Source: an uncultured Armatimonadia bacterium (GTDB lineage Bacteria > Armatimonadota > Zipacnadia > CAVVLO01). Taken from it: a stretch of 64,000 nt of DNA. Shown here in pieces: positions 20,357-32,691 of this stretch (the stretch's first letter is position 1; each line of letters starts with the position of its first letter). Position numbers and translations under genes: made by a program. The notes beneath the pieces were generated by a model. It was not told the DNA's origin. It did no database searches and was given only the letters and a program-made list of their open reading frames with translations. The DNA lies in contig CAVVLO010000002.1 in the NCBI GenBank assembly GCA_963749155.1, positions 832,001 to 896,000 on the forward strand, in the 5' to 3' direction.

Positions 20357-21628
20357 ATGGGTTGTGCCAACCGACGCGGACCAGAGGCGTCACTCGATGA
20401 GTTTCGATTTGCAACTGAAGAAGAGCTGGCCTGGTGGCGCGAGGCCAGGTTTGGCATGTTCATTCATTGGGGCCCGGCCGCCATCGGCGGCGGCGATATA
20501 AGCTGGTGTCGCAAGGGGCCAGAGCGCCTCGGAGACCATCAGCAGGTGGCTGATCCGCAGATCCCTGCCGAGGTGTATGACAACTTCTACAAGGAGTTCA
20601 ACCCGACTTTGTATGATGCCCGCCAGTGGGTGCGTATTGCCCAGTCAGCGGGGATGAAATATATCGTCCTCACCACCAAGCATCACGATGGCTTCTGCCT
20701 GTGGGACACGCGGCTGACCCAGCACAAGGTCACCGCGCCCGACTGTCCTTGTCAGCGCGACCTGGTGGCGGAGCTGGCTGACGCCTGCCATGAGGCGGGC
20801 TTGAAGCTTGGTTTCTATTATTCCCAGCGCGACTGGTATCACGAGGATTATCTGACCGAGCACCACGACCGGTATCTGGCCTACTATCACGGTCAGTTGG
20901 CGGAGTTGCTCACCCGCTTCGGCAAGCTGGATATGCTCTGGTTCGACCATATCGGCGGCACGCATGACCAGTGGGATCCCGACCTCGTGCTTCGGATGGC
21001 GCGCAGCCTGCAGCCTGGAATCCTTATCAACAACCGGCTGCATATCTCGGTCAAGCTGGGTGGTATGCCTGGCTATGAGGCCGACTTCGACACGCCCGAG
21101 CAGCAACTGGGCGCCTACAACATCAAACGCCCCTGGGAATCTTGCCTTTGCCTGGTAGGAGGCGTCTGGTCCTACAAACCGGGCGGGGAGATGATGAGCC
21201 TCGAGCAGTGCCTCCACGCGCTGGTCAACTGTGCCGGCGGAGACGGCAATCTGCTGCTTAACAATGGCCCGATGCCCGATGGGCGCATAGAACCGCGCCA
21301 GGCAGAGCGCCTGGCCGAAGTCGGCGGATGGCTTGCAAAGTATGGCGAAACTGTCTATGGCACGCGAGGTGGGCCCTTCCTGCCGGGCGAGTGGGGCGCA
21401 AGCACGCGCAAAGGCAACTCGGTCTATGTCCACGTACTTGGCTGGGATGGTCCCAGCCTGCGCCTGCCAGCACTGGAGCAGCAGGTGCTCGCAGCGGCTT
21501 GCCTTACGGGAGGTGCGGTGAGTTGGAGCCAGGATGCCGAGGGGATTACCCTCGCCGTTGCCCCTGAGCACCGCGACACCTTCGATACGATTATCAAATT
21601 GACGCTGGACCGGCCGGTGCCGCTCTAG
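20357..21628 (+). CDS. GH29 alpha-L-fucosidase (no signal peptide)
   Basis: WWREARFGMFIHWG, TTKHHDGFCLW, LWFD, INNR, TPEQ and GNLLLN. Confidence 0.93.
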   Translation: MGCANRRGPEASLDEFRFATEEELAWWREARFGMFIHWGPAAIGGGDISWCRKGPERLGDHQQVADPQIPAEVYDNFYKEFNPTLYDARQWVRIAQSAGMKYIVLTTKHHDGFCLWDTRLTQHKVTAPDCPCQRDLVAELADACHEAGLKLGFYYSQRDWYHEDYLTEHHDRYLAYYHGQLAELLTRFGKLDMLWFDHIGGTHDQWDPDLVLRMARSLQPGILINNRLHISVKLGGMPGYEADFDTPEQQLGAYNIKRPWESCLCLVGGVWSYKPGGEMMSLEQCLHALVNCAGGDGNLLLNNGPMPDGRIEPRQAERLAEVGGWLAKYGETVYGTRGGPFLPGEWGASTRKGNSVYVHVLGWDGPSLRLPALEQQVLAAACLTGGAVSWSQDAEGITLAVAPEHRDTFDTIIKLTLDRPVPL

Positions 21629-21644
21629 CGAGGAGGTCTCAGCC

Positions 21645-23639
21645 ATGAGAAACAATCCAACTGAGTGGGACAGTAACAACCCGGAGCGCAACTGGCACAC
21701 GAAGGTCTTCTTTGGCCTGCATTACGATTTGCACGCGGGCGCGCAGGATACCGTGCTAGGAGCTGAACTCACCGCTGAGCACCTGCGGGAAGAACTGCTG
21801 AAGGTGAGACCCGACTGGGTGCAGTGTGATTGTAAAGGCCATCCTGGCTACACAAGCTGGCCTACCGAGACGGGCAGCGCCTCTCCAGGCATCGTGAAGG
21901 ACGCCCTGCGCATCCATCGCGATGTGACAAGAGAACTAGGGATGCCGCTCGTGATGCACTATTCGGGCGTGTGGGACAATCGCGCGGTCGAGTTGCATCC
22001 GGACTGGGCGCGCATCGGGCCAAACGGGGAGACGGGCGCAGGGCACGTGATGGGTACCTGCAACCTGGGGCCGTATACCGACGAGTTGATGATCCCCCAG
22101 ATGATAGAACTAATCGAGAAATACGATGTGGACGGCTTCTGGGTGGACGGCGAGAATTGGGGCACCTCCCCCTGTTACTGCGAGCGTTGCCGGGCCGCTT
22201 TTGAAACCGAGACAGGCATCGCGGAACCGCCTACAGCCGCTACAGAGCCTAACTGGGCCCTCTGGGCGGCCTTCCACCGGCGGCTGTTCGAGGAGCATGT
22301 CCGCAAATATGCTGAGGCAATCCATCAGGTTAAGCCAACCTGCCAGGTATGCAGCAACTGGATGTACACAGTGGCTGAGCCCGACCAGATCAAGGTGCCT
22401 ATTGACTACCAGAGCGGCGATTTCACTCCCGCCTGGGGACCAAGCTGGGCCGAGATTGAAAGCCGCTTTATGGACAGCCGCGGGCTCTCCTGGGATTTGA
22501 TGGCCTGGGGGTTTGGCAACCCTGGGCAGGGCAGCCACACCTTCAAGCCCGCCGCGCACCTGTGCCAGGAAGCCGCCTGTGTCATCGCACTGGGCGGGGC
22601 TATCTCCATCTACGATACACCCCAGCGCACGGGCCATCTGACAGGCTGGCATCAGGATACGCTGGCCGAGGTGGCGCGTTTCTGTCGTGCCCGGCAGCCC
22701 TGGTGTCAGGGGACCCAAGCCGTTCACGAGGCGGCGGTGCTTCACTGTTCGGCGCATTATTATCACGAGAGCGGCGAAACCTTGATGGCGGCCTGGTCGG
22801 GCGCTCACCACGCCGCCCTTGGCGCGATGCAGGCGCTGCTTGATAACCAGGTGCAGACGGAAGTCCTGAACGAGTGGGCGCTGGAGGAGCGGCTCTCCGA
22901 CTTCAAGCTGGTCGTCCTTGGAGAGCAGACACGCGTGCCGGCTTCCTTGAAGGAGAAGCTTCTCGACTGGGTGAAGGGCGGCGGCAAGCTGTTGCTCTCA
23001 GGCCCAAGCGTTGCCGACGACTTCATCGAGTTGGCAGGGGTGCAGCCGGCTGGCGAGATCACGGACGGCGGGCACTTCCTCAACCAGGGCAAGGAGGCGA
23101 CGCCCGTCTGGGGCAAGTGGCGTCCAGTACAGCTTGCTGGCGCTGAGCAAGTGGCGCCTTTCCTCTCGGAGCGACAGCCTGGCTACAACGTAACAGAACA
23201 CCCTGCCGTGACGCTCAATCGCCTGGGCGAGGGCCTGGTGCTGGCGCTGCACTCTGATTTCTTCAAGCCTTACAGTCAGACTCACTATCCACGCAGCCGC
23301 AAATTGGTGGCCGACTGGCTGGCCGTGCTGGCGCCGGAGTTCCAGCTTGCTCTGGACGCACCTTTCTGGATTCATCCTTCCCTCCGCAGTCAGGAAGGCC
23401 GACTGCTGGTGCACCTCGTGAATCTGGGTTCTGCCAATCCGATGAGCCCCACCCAGTTTATCGTGGAGGAAGTGCCGCCGGCAGGGCCTATTACCGTCAG
23501 GCTGGAGCTCGAATCCGAGCCGGCGCGCGTATACCTGGCACCTTCCTTCGAGCCAGTTTCCTGGTGTTATGATGAGGGCTTGCTTATCGTCGAGGTGCCC
23601 TGGATTGGTATTCTGGACACCGTGGTAGTCGAAGCGTAA
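21645..23639 (+). CDS. GHL6/GH151-like glycoside hydrolase with beta-galactosidase trimerization-like domain
   Basis: LHYDLH, CDCKGHPG, YDVDGFWVD and CYCERC Cys cluster; GATase-like C-terminal domain. Confidence 0.75.
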   Translation: MRNNPTEWDSNNPERNWHTKVFFGLHYDLHAGAQDTVLGAELTAEHLREELLKVRPDWVQCDCKGHPGYTSWPTETGSASPGIVKDALRIHRDVTRELGMPLVMHYSGVWDNRAVELHPDWARIGPNGETGAGHVMGTCNLGPYTDELMIPQMIELIEKYDVDGFWVDGENWGTSPCYCERCRAAFETETGIAEPPTAATEPNWALWAAFHRRLFEEHVRKYAEAIHQVKPTCQVCSNWMYTVAEPDQIKVPIDYQSGDFTPAWGPSWAEIESRFMDSRGLSWDLMAWGFGNPGQGSHTFKPAAHLCQEAACVIALGGAISIYDTPQRTGHLTGWHQDTLAEVARFCRARQPWCQGTQAVHEAAVLHCSAHYYHESGETLMAAWSGAHHAALGAMQALLDNQVQTEVLNEWALEERLSDFKLVVLGEQTRVPASLKEKLLDWVKGGGKLLLSGPSVADDFIELAGVQPAGEITDGGHFLNQGKEATPVWGKWRPVQLAGAEQVAPFLSERQPGYNVTEHPAVTLNRLGEGLVLALHSDFFKPYSQTHYPRSRKLVADWLAVLAPEFQLALDAPFWIHPSLRSQEGRLLVHLVNLGSANPMSPTQFIVEEVPPAGPITVRLELESEPARVYLAPSFEPVSWCYDEGLLIVEVPWIGILDTVVVEA

Positions 23640-23687
23640 ACTCGCCTGGGGCCGCGAAAAGTGCCCTACAAGAGGAGGAGTCTCTGT

Positions 23688-25211
23688 ATGAGCAGGAAGA
23701 TCGCCATCATTGGCGCGGGCAGTATTGGTTTCACCCGGATGTGCGTGAAGGATGTCCTCTGCGTACCGGAATTGGCAGACACCGAATTCGCCCTGATGGA
23801 CATCAGCGAACAGAATCTCGATATGGTTTACCAACTTGTGAAACGCGATCTGGACGCCTCGGGGCTTCCCGCAAAAGTCAGCAAGACGATGAGCCAGCGC
23901 GAAGCCATCACCGGGGCCAACTACGTGTACTCCTTCGTGCGCGTGGGCGGGCTGGAGGCTTTCCAGACCGATATTGACATCCCCCTGCGTTATGGGGTCG
24001 ACCAGTGCGTTGGCGATACCCTCTGCGCGGGCGGGATTATGTACGCGCAGCGCACCATCCCCGTGCTGCTGGGCATCTGCCAGGATATGCGCGAGGTCGG
24101 CAAGCCGGGTTGCATGCTAATCAACCACTCCAACCCAATGGCGATGAACACCTGGGCCTGCACCAAGTATGGCGGCGTGCCAATGGTGGGCCTTTGCCAC
24201 GGGGTCGAAGGGGGCCACTGGCAGATCGCCGAGGCGCTCGGGCTGCCGAAGGACGAGGTAGACATCATCTGCGCCGGCATCAACCACCAGACCTGGTACA
24301 TCAGCGTCAAGCATAAGGGCAAGGATATGACGGGCAAGATTCTTGAAGCTTTCGAGAAGCACCCCGTCTTCAGCAAGACCGAGAAAGTGCGTATCGATAT
24401 GATGAAGCGTTTCGGCTTCTACAGCACCGAGTCCAACGGGCATCTCTCGGAGTATCTGCCCTGGTACCGCAAACGGCCGAAGGAGATAAAGAAGTGGATC
24501 GACCTCGGCTCGTGGATCTGCGGCGAGACGGGCGGCTATCTGCGCGTCTGCACCGAGGGGCGCAACTGGTTCGAGACCGACTTCCCCAACTGGATGGCAG
24601 CCCCGCCGCAGACTTTCCGGCCCGAAGATCGCGGTCACGAGCATGGCTCGTTTATCATCGAAGGCCTGGAGACTGGGCGTCTCTATCGCGGTCACTTCAA
24701 TGTGCAGAACCGGGGCATCATCTCCAACCTGCCCGAGGACTGCATTGTCGAGGTGCCAGGCTATGTGGACTACAACGGGATGAACCTCCCCCTCGTCGGC
24801 GACCTGCCGCTGGGCTGCGCAGCGGTGCTAAACACCAGTATCAGTGTCCAGCGCCTTGGAGTCGAAGCCGCGGTCAGCGGCGATGACACACTGCTGCGTC
24901 AGGCGATGCTGATGGACCCCCTCGTGGGCGCCGTCTGCAATCCGCCAGAAGTGTGGCAGATGGTGGACGAGTTGCTGGTCGGGCAGGCCAAGTGGCTTCC
25001 CCAGTACAAGAGTGCCATCACCGCTGCGAAGAAGCGTCTGAAGCAGGGCCTTGCCATCCCGGTTAAGGAAGGTTATCAGGGCGCGGCGCGCCTCCACACC
25101 AAGACAGTAGACGAGATGAAGGCTAATGCCGCAAAGGCTCGCGAGCAGGCTGCCGCGGCCGACAAAGGCAAAGAGCGCGAAGAGGCTGTCAAGAAAGCGA
25201 AGAAAAAGTAG
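23688..25211 (+). CDS. melA: GH4 NAD-dependent glycosidase (alpha-galactosidase MelA-like)
   Basis: KIAIIGAGS, VGDTLCAGG, HSNPM, GLCHG, AGINHQTW and TESNGHLSEYLPWY; RBS GAGGAGG. Confidence 0.88.
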   Translation: MSRKIAIIGAGSIGFTRMCVKDVLCVPELADTEFALMDISEQNLDMVYQLVKRDLDASGLPAKVSKTMSQREAITGANYVYSFVRVGGLEAFQTDIDIPLRYGVDQCVGDTLCAGGIMYAQRTIPVLLGICQDMREVGKPGCMLINHSNPMAMNTWACTKYGGVPMVGLCHGVEGGHWQIAEALGLPKDEVDIICAGINHQTWYISVKHKGKDMTGKILEAFEKHPVFSKTEKVRIDMMKRFGFYSTESNGHLSEYLPWYRKRPKEIKKWIDLGSWICGETGGYLRVCTEGRNWFETDFPNWMAAPPQTFRPEDRGHEHGSFIIEGLETGRLYRGHFNVQNRGIISNLPEDCIVEVPGYVDYNGMNLPLVGDLPLGCAAVLNTSISVQRLGVEAAVSGDDTLLRQAMLMDPLVGAVCNPPEVWQMVDELLVGQAKWLPQYKSAITAAKKRLKQGLAIPVKEGYQGAARLHTKTVDEMKANAAKAREQAAAADKGKEREEAVKKAKKK

Positions 25212-25233
25212 CGCGACTTTTCATCGCAAAACC

Positions 25234-25270
25234 AAAGCGAGCAGGCCAGTTGGTCTGCTCGCTTTTTTTT
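25234..25270 (+). terminator. intrinsic terminator (possibly bidirectional)
   Basis: AAAGCGAGCAGGCC-AGTT-GGTCTGCTCGC followed by T8. Confidence 0.85.
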
Positions 25271-25286
25271 GTGTGCCAAAGGCAGA

Positions 25287-27916
25287 CTACTCGGCAGCGT
25301 AGACTTCCAGTTCGCTGATGCCCATCTGCAATCCTACCTGATCTGGCCCGTCGGGTTTTACAGCCTCGATCCGCACATAGCGGGCGGTGATGGGCGCCTC
25401 AAGCACGTGTTCCTGCCTGCCACCTGGACAATCGTTTATATGAGCGATGGTCTGCCAGGTCGTGCCATCGGCCGAGAGATGCACTTTGTACTCGGTAGCC
25501 CAGCAAAGCGGCGAGAAGTTGATGACCACGCGCCCGAGCGGTGTAGCTTCTTCCAGGTCGACGTGGTACATCCAGGCGTATTCATAAGCGCCCTGGGCGT
25601 GGGTATTGGGATAACCATCCACCCCATATCGCGCGTAGTTGAAACCGCTCGGCACCAGCCTGTGAGAGCCGTCAGTCGACAGCAACTCGGCAGGCCTGTG
25701 CCAGGCAAGATTGCCTGGAGGAGTCTGTTCTTCCGCCTGGGCCTTGCCCACGCCTGGTGGATACGGCTCTGGCCAGGTCGAGTCTGATGAGTACCGCAAT
25801 CGGGTCGTCACTTACCTTTGAAAGGTCCAGAACAATCCTGTCATCTGTCTGTGAGAAGGGCACCGGCAGGTTGCCGTTGAGCCAGGTGGCAGCGACTACT
25901 GGTACAGCGAAGTCCGGCAAGCTGATCTCGCGGCTCTCGGGCAGGCCAGTCTTGCCCCGTTCGGTCTCCAGCAGCATCAGGTAGAGCTTCGTTCGGTCGA
26001 GGCTGATGGTGTTATAACCCCAGCGTTGTTCGGCAAGTGGGCCCTTGTCCACATTGGTGTAGGCCTGGTATAGCGGGGGTTTGCCCTCTGGACTGGCCCA
26101 GTCGGCGAGTTGTTGATGGACCTGCCAGACGATGGAGGCGTCCAGATCAGGTATGCTGCCGCGCGGAGAAGTCTCATCTCCGGGCGCTGTGCCGGTCACG
26201 AGAGCTGGACTGTGGTCCAGATTGGCAACATAGCCTTCGCCAATTATCGAGAGGGCGACTTTCTGCATCTCATACGCGTCAGGGATATCGCCTTTTGAAT
26301 ATTCCAGCTCGGGGTCAGGCACCATCCGCCAGGTCTCAAGCGGGTAAGTCTTTGCCCAGGGCAGGGGGAAAGGCCACGTAGCCCAGGTATTCACACCCCA
26401 GGCGCCCCAGCCTTCAAGGCACAGTGCATCCCAGTCGCCCTGGCCCAGCGTCGGCACGCCGTTGAGGACAATGACGGTATCTGGATTGTAGCTGCGGATC
26501 ATACTGTAGAGGGCATCGAGCGACCAGCCTACGAGCCCTGCCCAGTCAAACCAGAACAGGTCGGGGTTGTAGCGCTTCATCGCATCTTCAACCAGCAGGA
26601 TGCCTCCAAGCTCGGCTCCGCCATATTCGGGCGCATTAAGATTGCCCAGGTACATCCCAAACTTCATCCCCGCGCCTTCGATGGCTTCTTTGAAGGGAGC
26701 CACCACATCACCGACGGGATTGTCCCGGTCGAAGGGGGTCGGCCAGCGCGCAAACTGATCTCCATTGTTGAAGGTGATTATGCAGCCAGCCTGGTAACCT
26801 TGCCTGCTCATTGTTTCAACAAAGCGGGGCAGGTCAGCCTCGCTCAGCCGCTCGGGGCCGTGGATCAGTCCGTAAAGCTTGGCGGCCTCAAACCAGCGGC
26901 TGGGGCGCTCTGCAACGTCAAGAGTCAGCCCTTCCCTCGCAGTCGTTCCGGTCGCATCGGTGACTTCAACCTGGAGACGATAACGAGCTGTCTGCCGCCT
27001 CGCGCGCCACGGTGCCCGTGATGGTGCCGTCCTCCAGGAGTGACAGGCCCTCGGGCAACTCTCCCCCGACCTGCTGCCATGATAAGGGAGGAGTGCCTCC
27101 GGCGGCAGTCAGTCGAAAAGGCGCAGCTTGCAAGGTGAGTTTGGGATTGGCAAACGAGGCAGCATAATAGTAGGCCTCGAGGACAGGCTCCACCACCTCG
27201 GGGTCGATGCCGACATAGGGCCATTCGCGGAAGGCTTTGGGTAGCGACTGCCCCCCTGCCTCGGGCATTGCCTGGGTTGCAACCTTGAGTGTCCCTTCCG
27301 GCCCGTCGGTCGAGTAGACCAGGCCTGGCACGTTGCTTCCATCGGCAAGGCAAAAGCGCGCATAACAGCCAAGCCGCGCGGCGCGCTGGTTGGCCAGCTT
27401 CAGCAGCAGGCGGTTCCAGCCGGCCGCAAGAGTCACCTGGGCCTGTTGGCTGTCACGTTCCCAGTTGATGCTTGTACTGGCCAGTATGGGCTGACCGTTG
27501 AGCCAGCACTTGAACTCCTCATCCGCACCCAGGCGCAGCTCGCAGTCAACCTGGTTGGGGCTCCAGACCCAGGTATGCAGGTAAGCCACGACGCCAGCGA
27601 CAGATTGACCGAGCTTCACTCCGAAATAGCTGCGGACATCCTGGTAATTGTCATAGTTGCGACTGAAGAGCCGGTCATCGAAATAACGCCACTGCTCTCC
27701 CACTGCTTCCTCGCCCTGCCGGGGTTGGACTGACACCTCACCAATCCAGTCCCGCTCATAGCCGGTGTTATCCTCGTCATTTGGGAAGGCGCCAAGCACC
27801 AGCCAGGTATTGATGTAGTCGGGCGCATCCATTGCACAGGCCCCCTGAGATTGGAGAGAGAGCAGCCCAAGGCCTACCACTACCAAAAGGCCCAAGGCGA
27901 AGAAAAGTCTGCTCAT
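25287..27916 (-). CDS. secreted multidomain GH29-like glycosidase: N-terminal beta-sandwich, Ig-like domain, TIM barrel, F5/8-type C domain (frame breaks near 26970, 26810 and 25750)
   Basis: Signal peptide; GGTPPLSW...LPEGLSL..DGTITGT (He_PIG-like); GMKFGMYL and PDLFWFDW; C-terminal discoidin-like ARYVRI...ISELEVY. Confidence 0.7.
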
Positions 27917-28040
27917 ATTGCCCTCCTTGATTGTAAAGGTGCGGCAAGATTCTCTTGTATCAGCGTTCTCCCTGCAACCTGGAAGCCCAGTTCAACGTCT
28001 ACTGGGTATGAATCGAGGGCCTTTCTGCTACAATCGCCGT

Positions 28041-29679
28041 ATGTTTTGGCGCAATATTATGACAGTAACTCTTCTGGCTTGCGGGCTTCTCTGGCTTGGC
28101 GCGATCTCGGCGCTGGCAGCCGGTGGCCCTCCCTCGACTATCGCTGTCCTCGACCTGCAAGCCTTGCAGGTGGATAAAACCAAAACCAATCTGGGCGCCG
28201 AAGTCTCTTTAGCAATCGCATGGAAGCTGCAATCCTTGCCAGGGCTCGATGTTGTGCCGCGCTGGGAAATCGCCCGGATTCAGGGCAAGGCGCTCGAAAA
28301 CCCGCCAGGGGTCGACTCTCAACTTGCCCGTACCTGGGGACGTCGCGTCGGCGCGCGCTGGGTGGTCTCAGGCAACTTCACCTCGGTCGCCGACCAGTTG
28401 CAACTCAAGCTTATTCTGGTAGATACCCTCTCAGGTCAAACCTGGGAGAGCGGCCTCACCCTGATAACGACGCCTGAAGAGTATCTTGCCGATCTGGGAA
28501 ATCTGCTCGACAGGCTCGCACCGCTTATGGGGTATGCCCTGACAGAGGACGAACTCTCTCAGATTATGGAGATACCAACGACTTCGCGAATCAACCTGGC
28601 GGAAGTCACCCGATTGCTTGTTGAGTATCCTGAGCTCGAGGCAAATCGGCCCGAACAGCTTACAGAAACTCTGACTGCGCTGGTCACTGGCGATGATAAT
28701 TTTGTAGAGGCCGCCTGGCTTCTGGCGCTGGTGCTTCACGAGGAGGGCGAAACCGACGAGGCAATCGTCCGACTTGAGACTGCAATAAAGGCACGTCCCA
28801 GTTTTACACCAGGCTGGTTGTTCTTGAGAGAGCTGTATCTGGAGCAGAACGAGCAAGCCAAAGCCGCCCAGGCGCTGGATAAAGCTAATCGAGGTGGCTG
28901 CCCGCACTCCGAGTGTAGTAAGGGCGCGTGCCCAGGCCTTGCTCGAAGCAGGCAACACCAATGAAGCAGCTCGAGTGTTGCGCGAACTCCTGGTCTCGGC
29001 CCCGGAAGAGGGCCTGGCTCACCTGCTTTCAGCCGAAGTGGCCCTGGCTCAGAACAATCTCGAGAACGCCCTCAACGAGATGAAGGCTGCCCTGGGCTTG
29101 CCAGGTATTAGTGATTATCTGGTTTATGTGCGTATCGCGGAAGCCCAGGAGCATTTTGGGAATATCGACGAAGCCCTGGACGCCTACAGTCAGGCCGCTG
29201 CCAAATCGCCAGGCAACCCCTGGGCACTGCTCAGGAAGGCTGACTTACTACTGAAGCTCGAGCGCAATCAGGAGGCGCTGGAGACACTGCTATTGGCCTT
29301 CGATGCCGACCGGGAGTATTACTGGACCCATATTGCTCTGGCGCGAGCCTATCAGGCGCTTGGCCAACTGGACCAGACGGAACGCTTCTTGAACTCGGCG
29401 CTCAAACTGGATGCAAAACGCATCGAAGCCCATTTCTACTATGGCTGGTTGCTGTTTGACACCGAACGCTGGCAGGATGCTGCTACCCAGTATGAGCTTG
29501 TGTTGAAGACCGCGCCTGGCCATCAGGCTGCCACTTATAACCTCGCATTAACCTATCTGGAACTCGACCGGAAGCCCGAGGCCATCGCCTTGCTCGAAAG
29601 TTTCCTCAAGACGAAGCCCCCCGCCGAGTGGCAGGAGAGCGCCAACAAGCTACTGCAGAAATTGAAGACACCTGGTTAG
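28041..29679 (+). CDS. exported TPR-repeat protein with N-terminal CsgG/TolB-N-like domain (frame break near 28900)
   Basis: Signal peptide; TIAVLDL...GRRVGARWVVSGNF...LKLILVDTLSG; many TPR helices in ORF 28894-29679. Start codon uncertain (28041 or 28059). Confidence 0.75.
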
Positions 29680-32600
29680 TCGGCAAGCAGCCGGCGTTGC
29701 CACGCTTCGACTTCGGCCTGAGTGCCGTAAAGCCCGCAGAAGGTCTCTCCCAAAGCTAGTTGCAGCTTGAGCTGTCCCTTTTCAACCGGCAATACAACCC
29801 CCTTGTCGAGGTCAAGCACCGCCTCGGCGTCTGGGCCAAGGTCCAACACCTTCTCCCCTGCCGTTGCGGCATGCAGGCCGACAAATCGGCTGTCAAGGGA
29901 AAGGGCATCCTGAGAGGGACCAACCAACCGTAGCCCTTCCTGAGCCAGAATCCAGCGCAACAATTCCGCCGATAGCACCGGCACCGCATTGTAATAGCGC
30001 CGGCCTTCACCTACCTGACTCCGCGCCAAAGCCACCTGGCCGCCTTCGGAATACATCCCAAGTGTTTCAGCCGAAGAGTCTTCCACCGCGAAAGCTGGAG
30101 TCAAATCGACCTTCGGCAAGCCCCAAGCCAAAGGTGCCGCACCTGAAAGCTGGGCTTGAGCCAGAGCGCTGCCGGCAAGCTTTATCACCTGCATCCCGGC
30201 GACCTGGCTCAGTTGCGCGAGGCTCAGGCCCTCTTCGCTCACATAACCCGGCGCATAGTTGGTCAGCACAACAGGGAACTCGTCGAGTCGTTGTTTCAAC
30301 GCATCCAGTTGCGCCACGTCCAGATGGAAGGTGTTGAGCAAGATGACCAGCTTGTAATTGTCGACCGAGAAGTCCCCCGAGAGGAACTCCGGCAGGTCAT
30401 ACAGGTCGAAGGGAGCGCCCATCCGGTAAAGCTGGCTCCACTGCTCGTTCAGCAGAGGATAAGTAACCGTATCCTTGCCGGATGACCAGTTGGCGACATA
30501 GTTGAGGGAGTCGAGATCTGCGATGACGGCGATCTCGGCGCAGCTTTGATGCTCGATTGGGGCAGCCAGACGAGAGGCCTTTTCGATGCGCTTCATGCAG
30601 GCCAGCATCTCCGGGCTGGAATACCAGCCTGACTGCATATCGAAATACCAGACACCCACCCGGCGCGCGAGGGCCTGAGAAAACTGCCGCCAGAGCAACT
30701 GGTTGGACTCCCAATCGTTGGTCGCGAACACCAGGCCTGGCCAGTTGGCCTTCCAGGTGCGGTCATCGCCCTCATCGAAAAACAGCTTGCCGTGTTGCAG
30801 TATCGAGCCGTGCAAGGCTCTGTGATGGGCAGGTTGGGTCAGCGCCCTGTCAATATAAGTGTGCGGGCTGGCGACGAAATCGAGCAGGCCGGTCGCCAGC
30901 ACCTCGCCCAGGGGCATCTGCAGCCCTTCCTGCAGCCACGGGCAGTTGGAGGTATAAGACCAGAAAGCCCCCGTCAGCAGCTTGCCCTCGCTTTCTTCCT
31001 TCACCGCGCGACAGAAACGCAGCAGGCAGTCGGCCTGCACCTGGTGATAACAGTGGTAATAGTCAATCAGTTGCTGAGATTTGGCCGGGTCGAGAAAGGC
31101 TCCCTCATCCGAGTGAAGCCGCTCATCGAGAGTGGGCAGAGCCGGCTCGGTAAAGTTGGCCATCGGGTCGTGCCAGGCTTCGCGCAGAGCCTCAACTGTG
31201 CCGTATCGGACGCGCAGATAGCGAGAGAAGGCCCGCTGCATCGGGCGCGCTGACGTCGGGCAGATAACCCATCCCCCAGTAATGCCACTCGCCATAGATG
31301 CCATTGGCCAGGTGCAGGCCGATGATGCGACTGCCCTGAGGGCTCGTTTTCAGATGACGCACCAGCTCGCGCAGGTCCTGCTCGGCGGCCTCCTGCCACA
31401 CCTCGGAAGCCATCGAGGGATAACGCGTGCCGCCCATCTCATCGTCAATCCAGCCGACCTCGGTCGAATAACGGATAAGCTCCTCTTCTGGTTCTGCGGC
31501 AAGCCCGACGCGTTCCCACCAGGCGCCGACAACGGTCGCAACGCGAGGTATCGCCCAGCCTTCGGGCGCGTTAGCCAGCAGCACGTTGAGCTGACCGTCA
31601 AGGTCGCTCCATTCGCGCGCGCCAGCCTCGATTTTGCCCCAGGGCAAGGGGAAGGAATAAAGCCGGAAGCCCGCGTGGGCCATCTCGTCGGTATAGCCAG
31701 CATAGAGCTGGGTCGCCACGGTAAACATCAGGGGGTAGAGTTGTTCGCCCTCGACCTCGATGAGGGGGGTGCCTTTGCCTGGAAGGAGGCTTGCCTGAGG
31801 CAAGCCAGCTTTGGCGCCACTCTGAGCAAGCGTGAAGTCGCGCTCGAGGCGGCCTTCTACCGGGCCATCAGGAAGCTGGAACGCAGTCCGCAGGGCAGAT
31901 AGCTCGAGTCGCAGTTCTCCTGCAAGGCCTTCAGCGATGGGGAAATCGTATTCAAGAGAGGCGGCCTCAGCGCCTGACACCGAAAGCGACTTCACAGGCT
32001 GCGCGCCAATAAGCAAGCGGAGCGAGAGTGGAGAATCAAGTTGATCCTCAAGCTGGAGGCTTACTGTCAGCGAATCGCCCTCAGGTGCAAGCGCGGCCTC
32101 AAAATGCTTAACTTTGGCCAGCATCGCCTCGCCATAAAAAGCACAGGGCAGTTCTCCCCAGGGGGCGACTGGCGGTTTCCCAATCAGTTCGACAGGGCCA
32201 AAGGCGCCGGGAGCAGCCTCTGGCAGATTCCAGCCTGGCGTAACTTCAGAGGCGCCCTGCCAGGTTTCATCGGTATTCACAACCAGGAAAGTGCCGTCCT
32301 CCATTACAAATTCGAACTGGCCGAGGAAACCACCCGGAGGCGCGGCGTTGCGGGCCTCTGCCGCCAGACAATTCCGCCCCTGCTTCAGGTATGAGGTTAT
32401 CTCGACCGACCGCGTCGTGAACCACCAGAAGCCCGAGTTCAGCACTTCCTGGCCATTTATATAGACGCTGAAGCCATCATCGCCCGACCCTTGATACCAG
32501 GCGCGTTTTACAGGCTGTGGCAGGTCGACATAGGTGCGAAACCAGGCGTTGTGAGCGCCTGCATCCAGCCCAGCGGGCCATAGCCAGGCGGCTTCCCACT

Positions 32601-32691
32601 CGCCAGGGGGCCAGGTCGGCTGGTCCGCGGCCAAGGCCAGTGTCAGACCGCAAACAATCAGCACCACCGTAACCAAGTGGATGAAAGTCAT
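29676..32691 (-). CDS. secreted GH42-like/beta-galactosidase-like glycosidase with N-terminal rhamnosidase-N-like domain (frame break near 31260)
   Basis: Signal peptide; GDDGFSVYING...LKQGRNCLA; GIYGEWHYWG; FFDEGDDRT; WYFDM; GATase-like trimerization domain. Confidence 0.7.
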
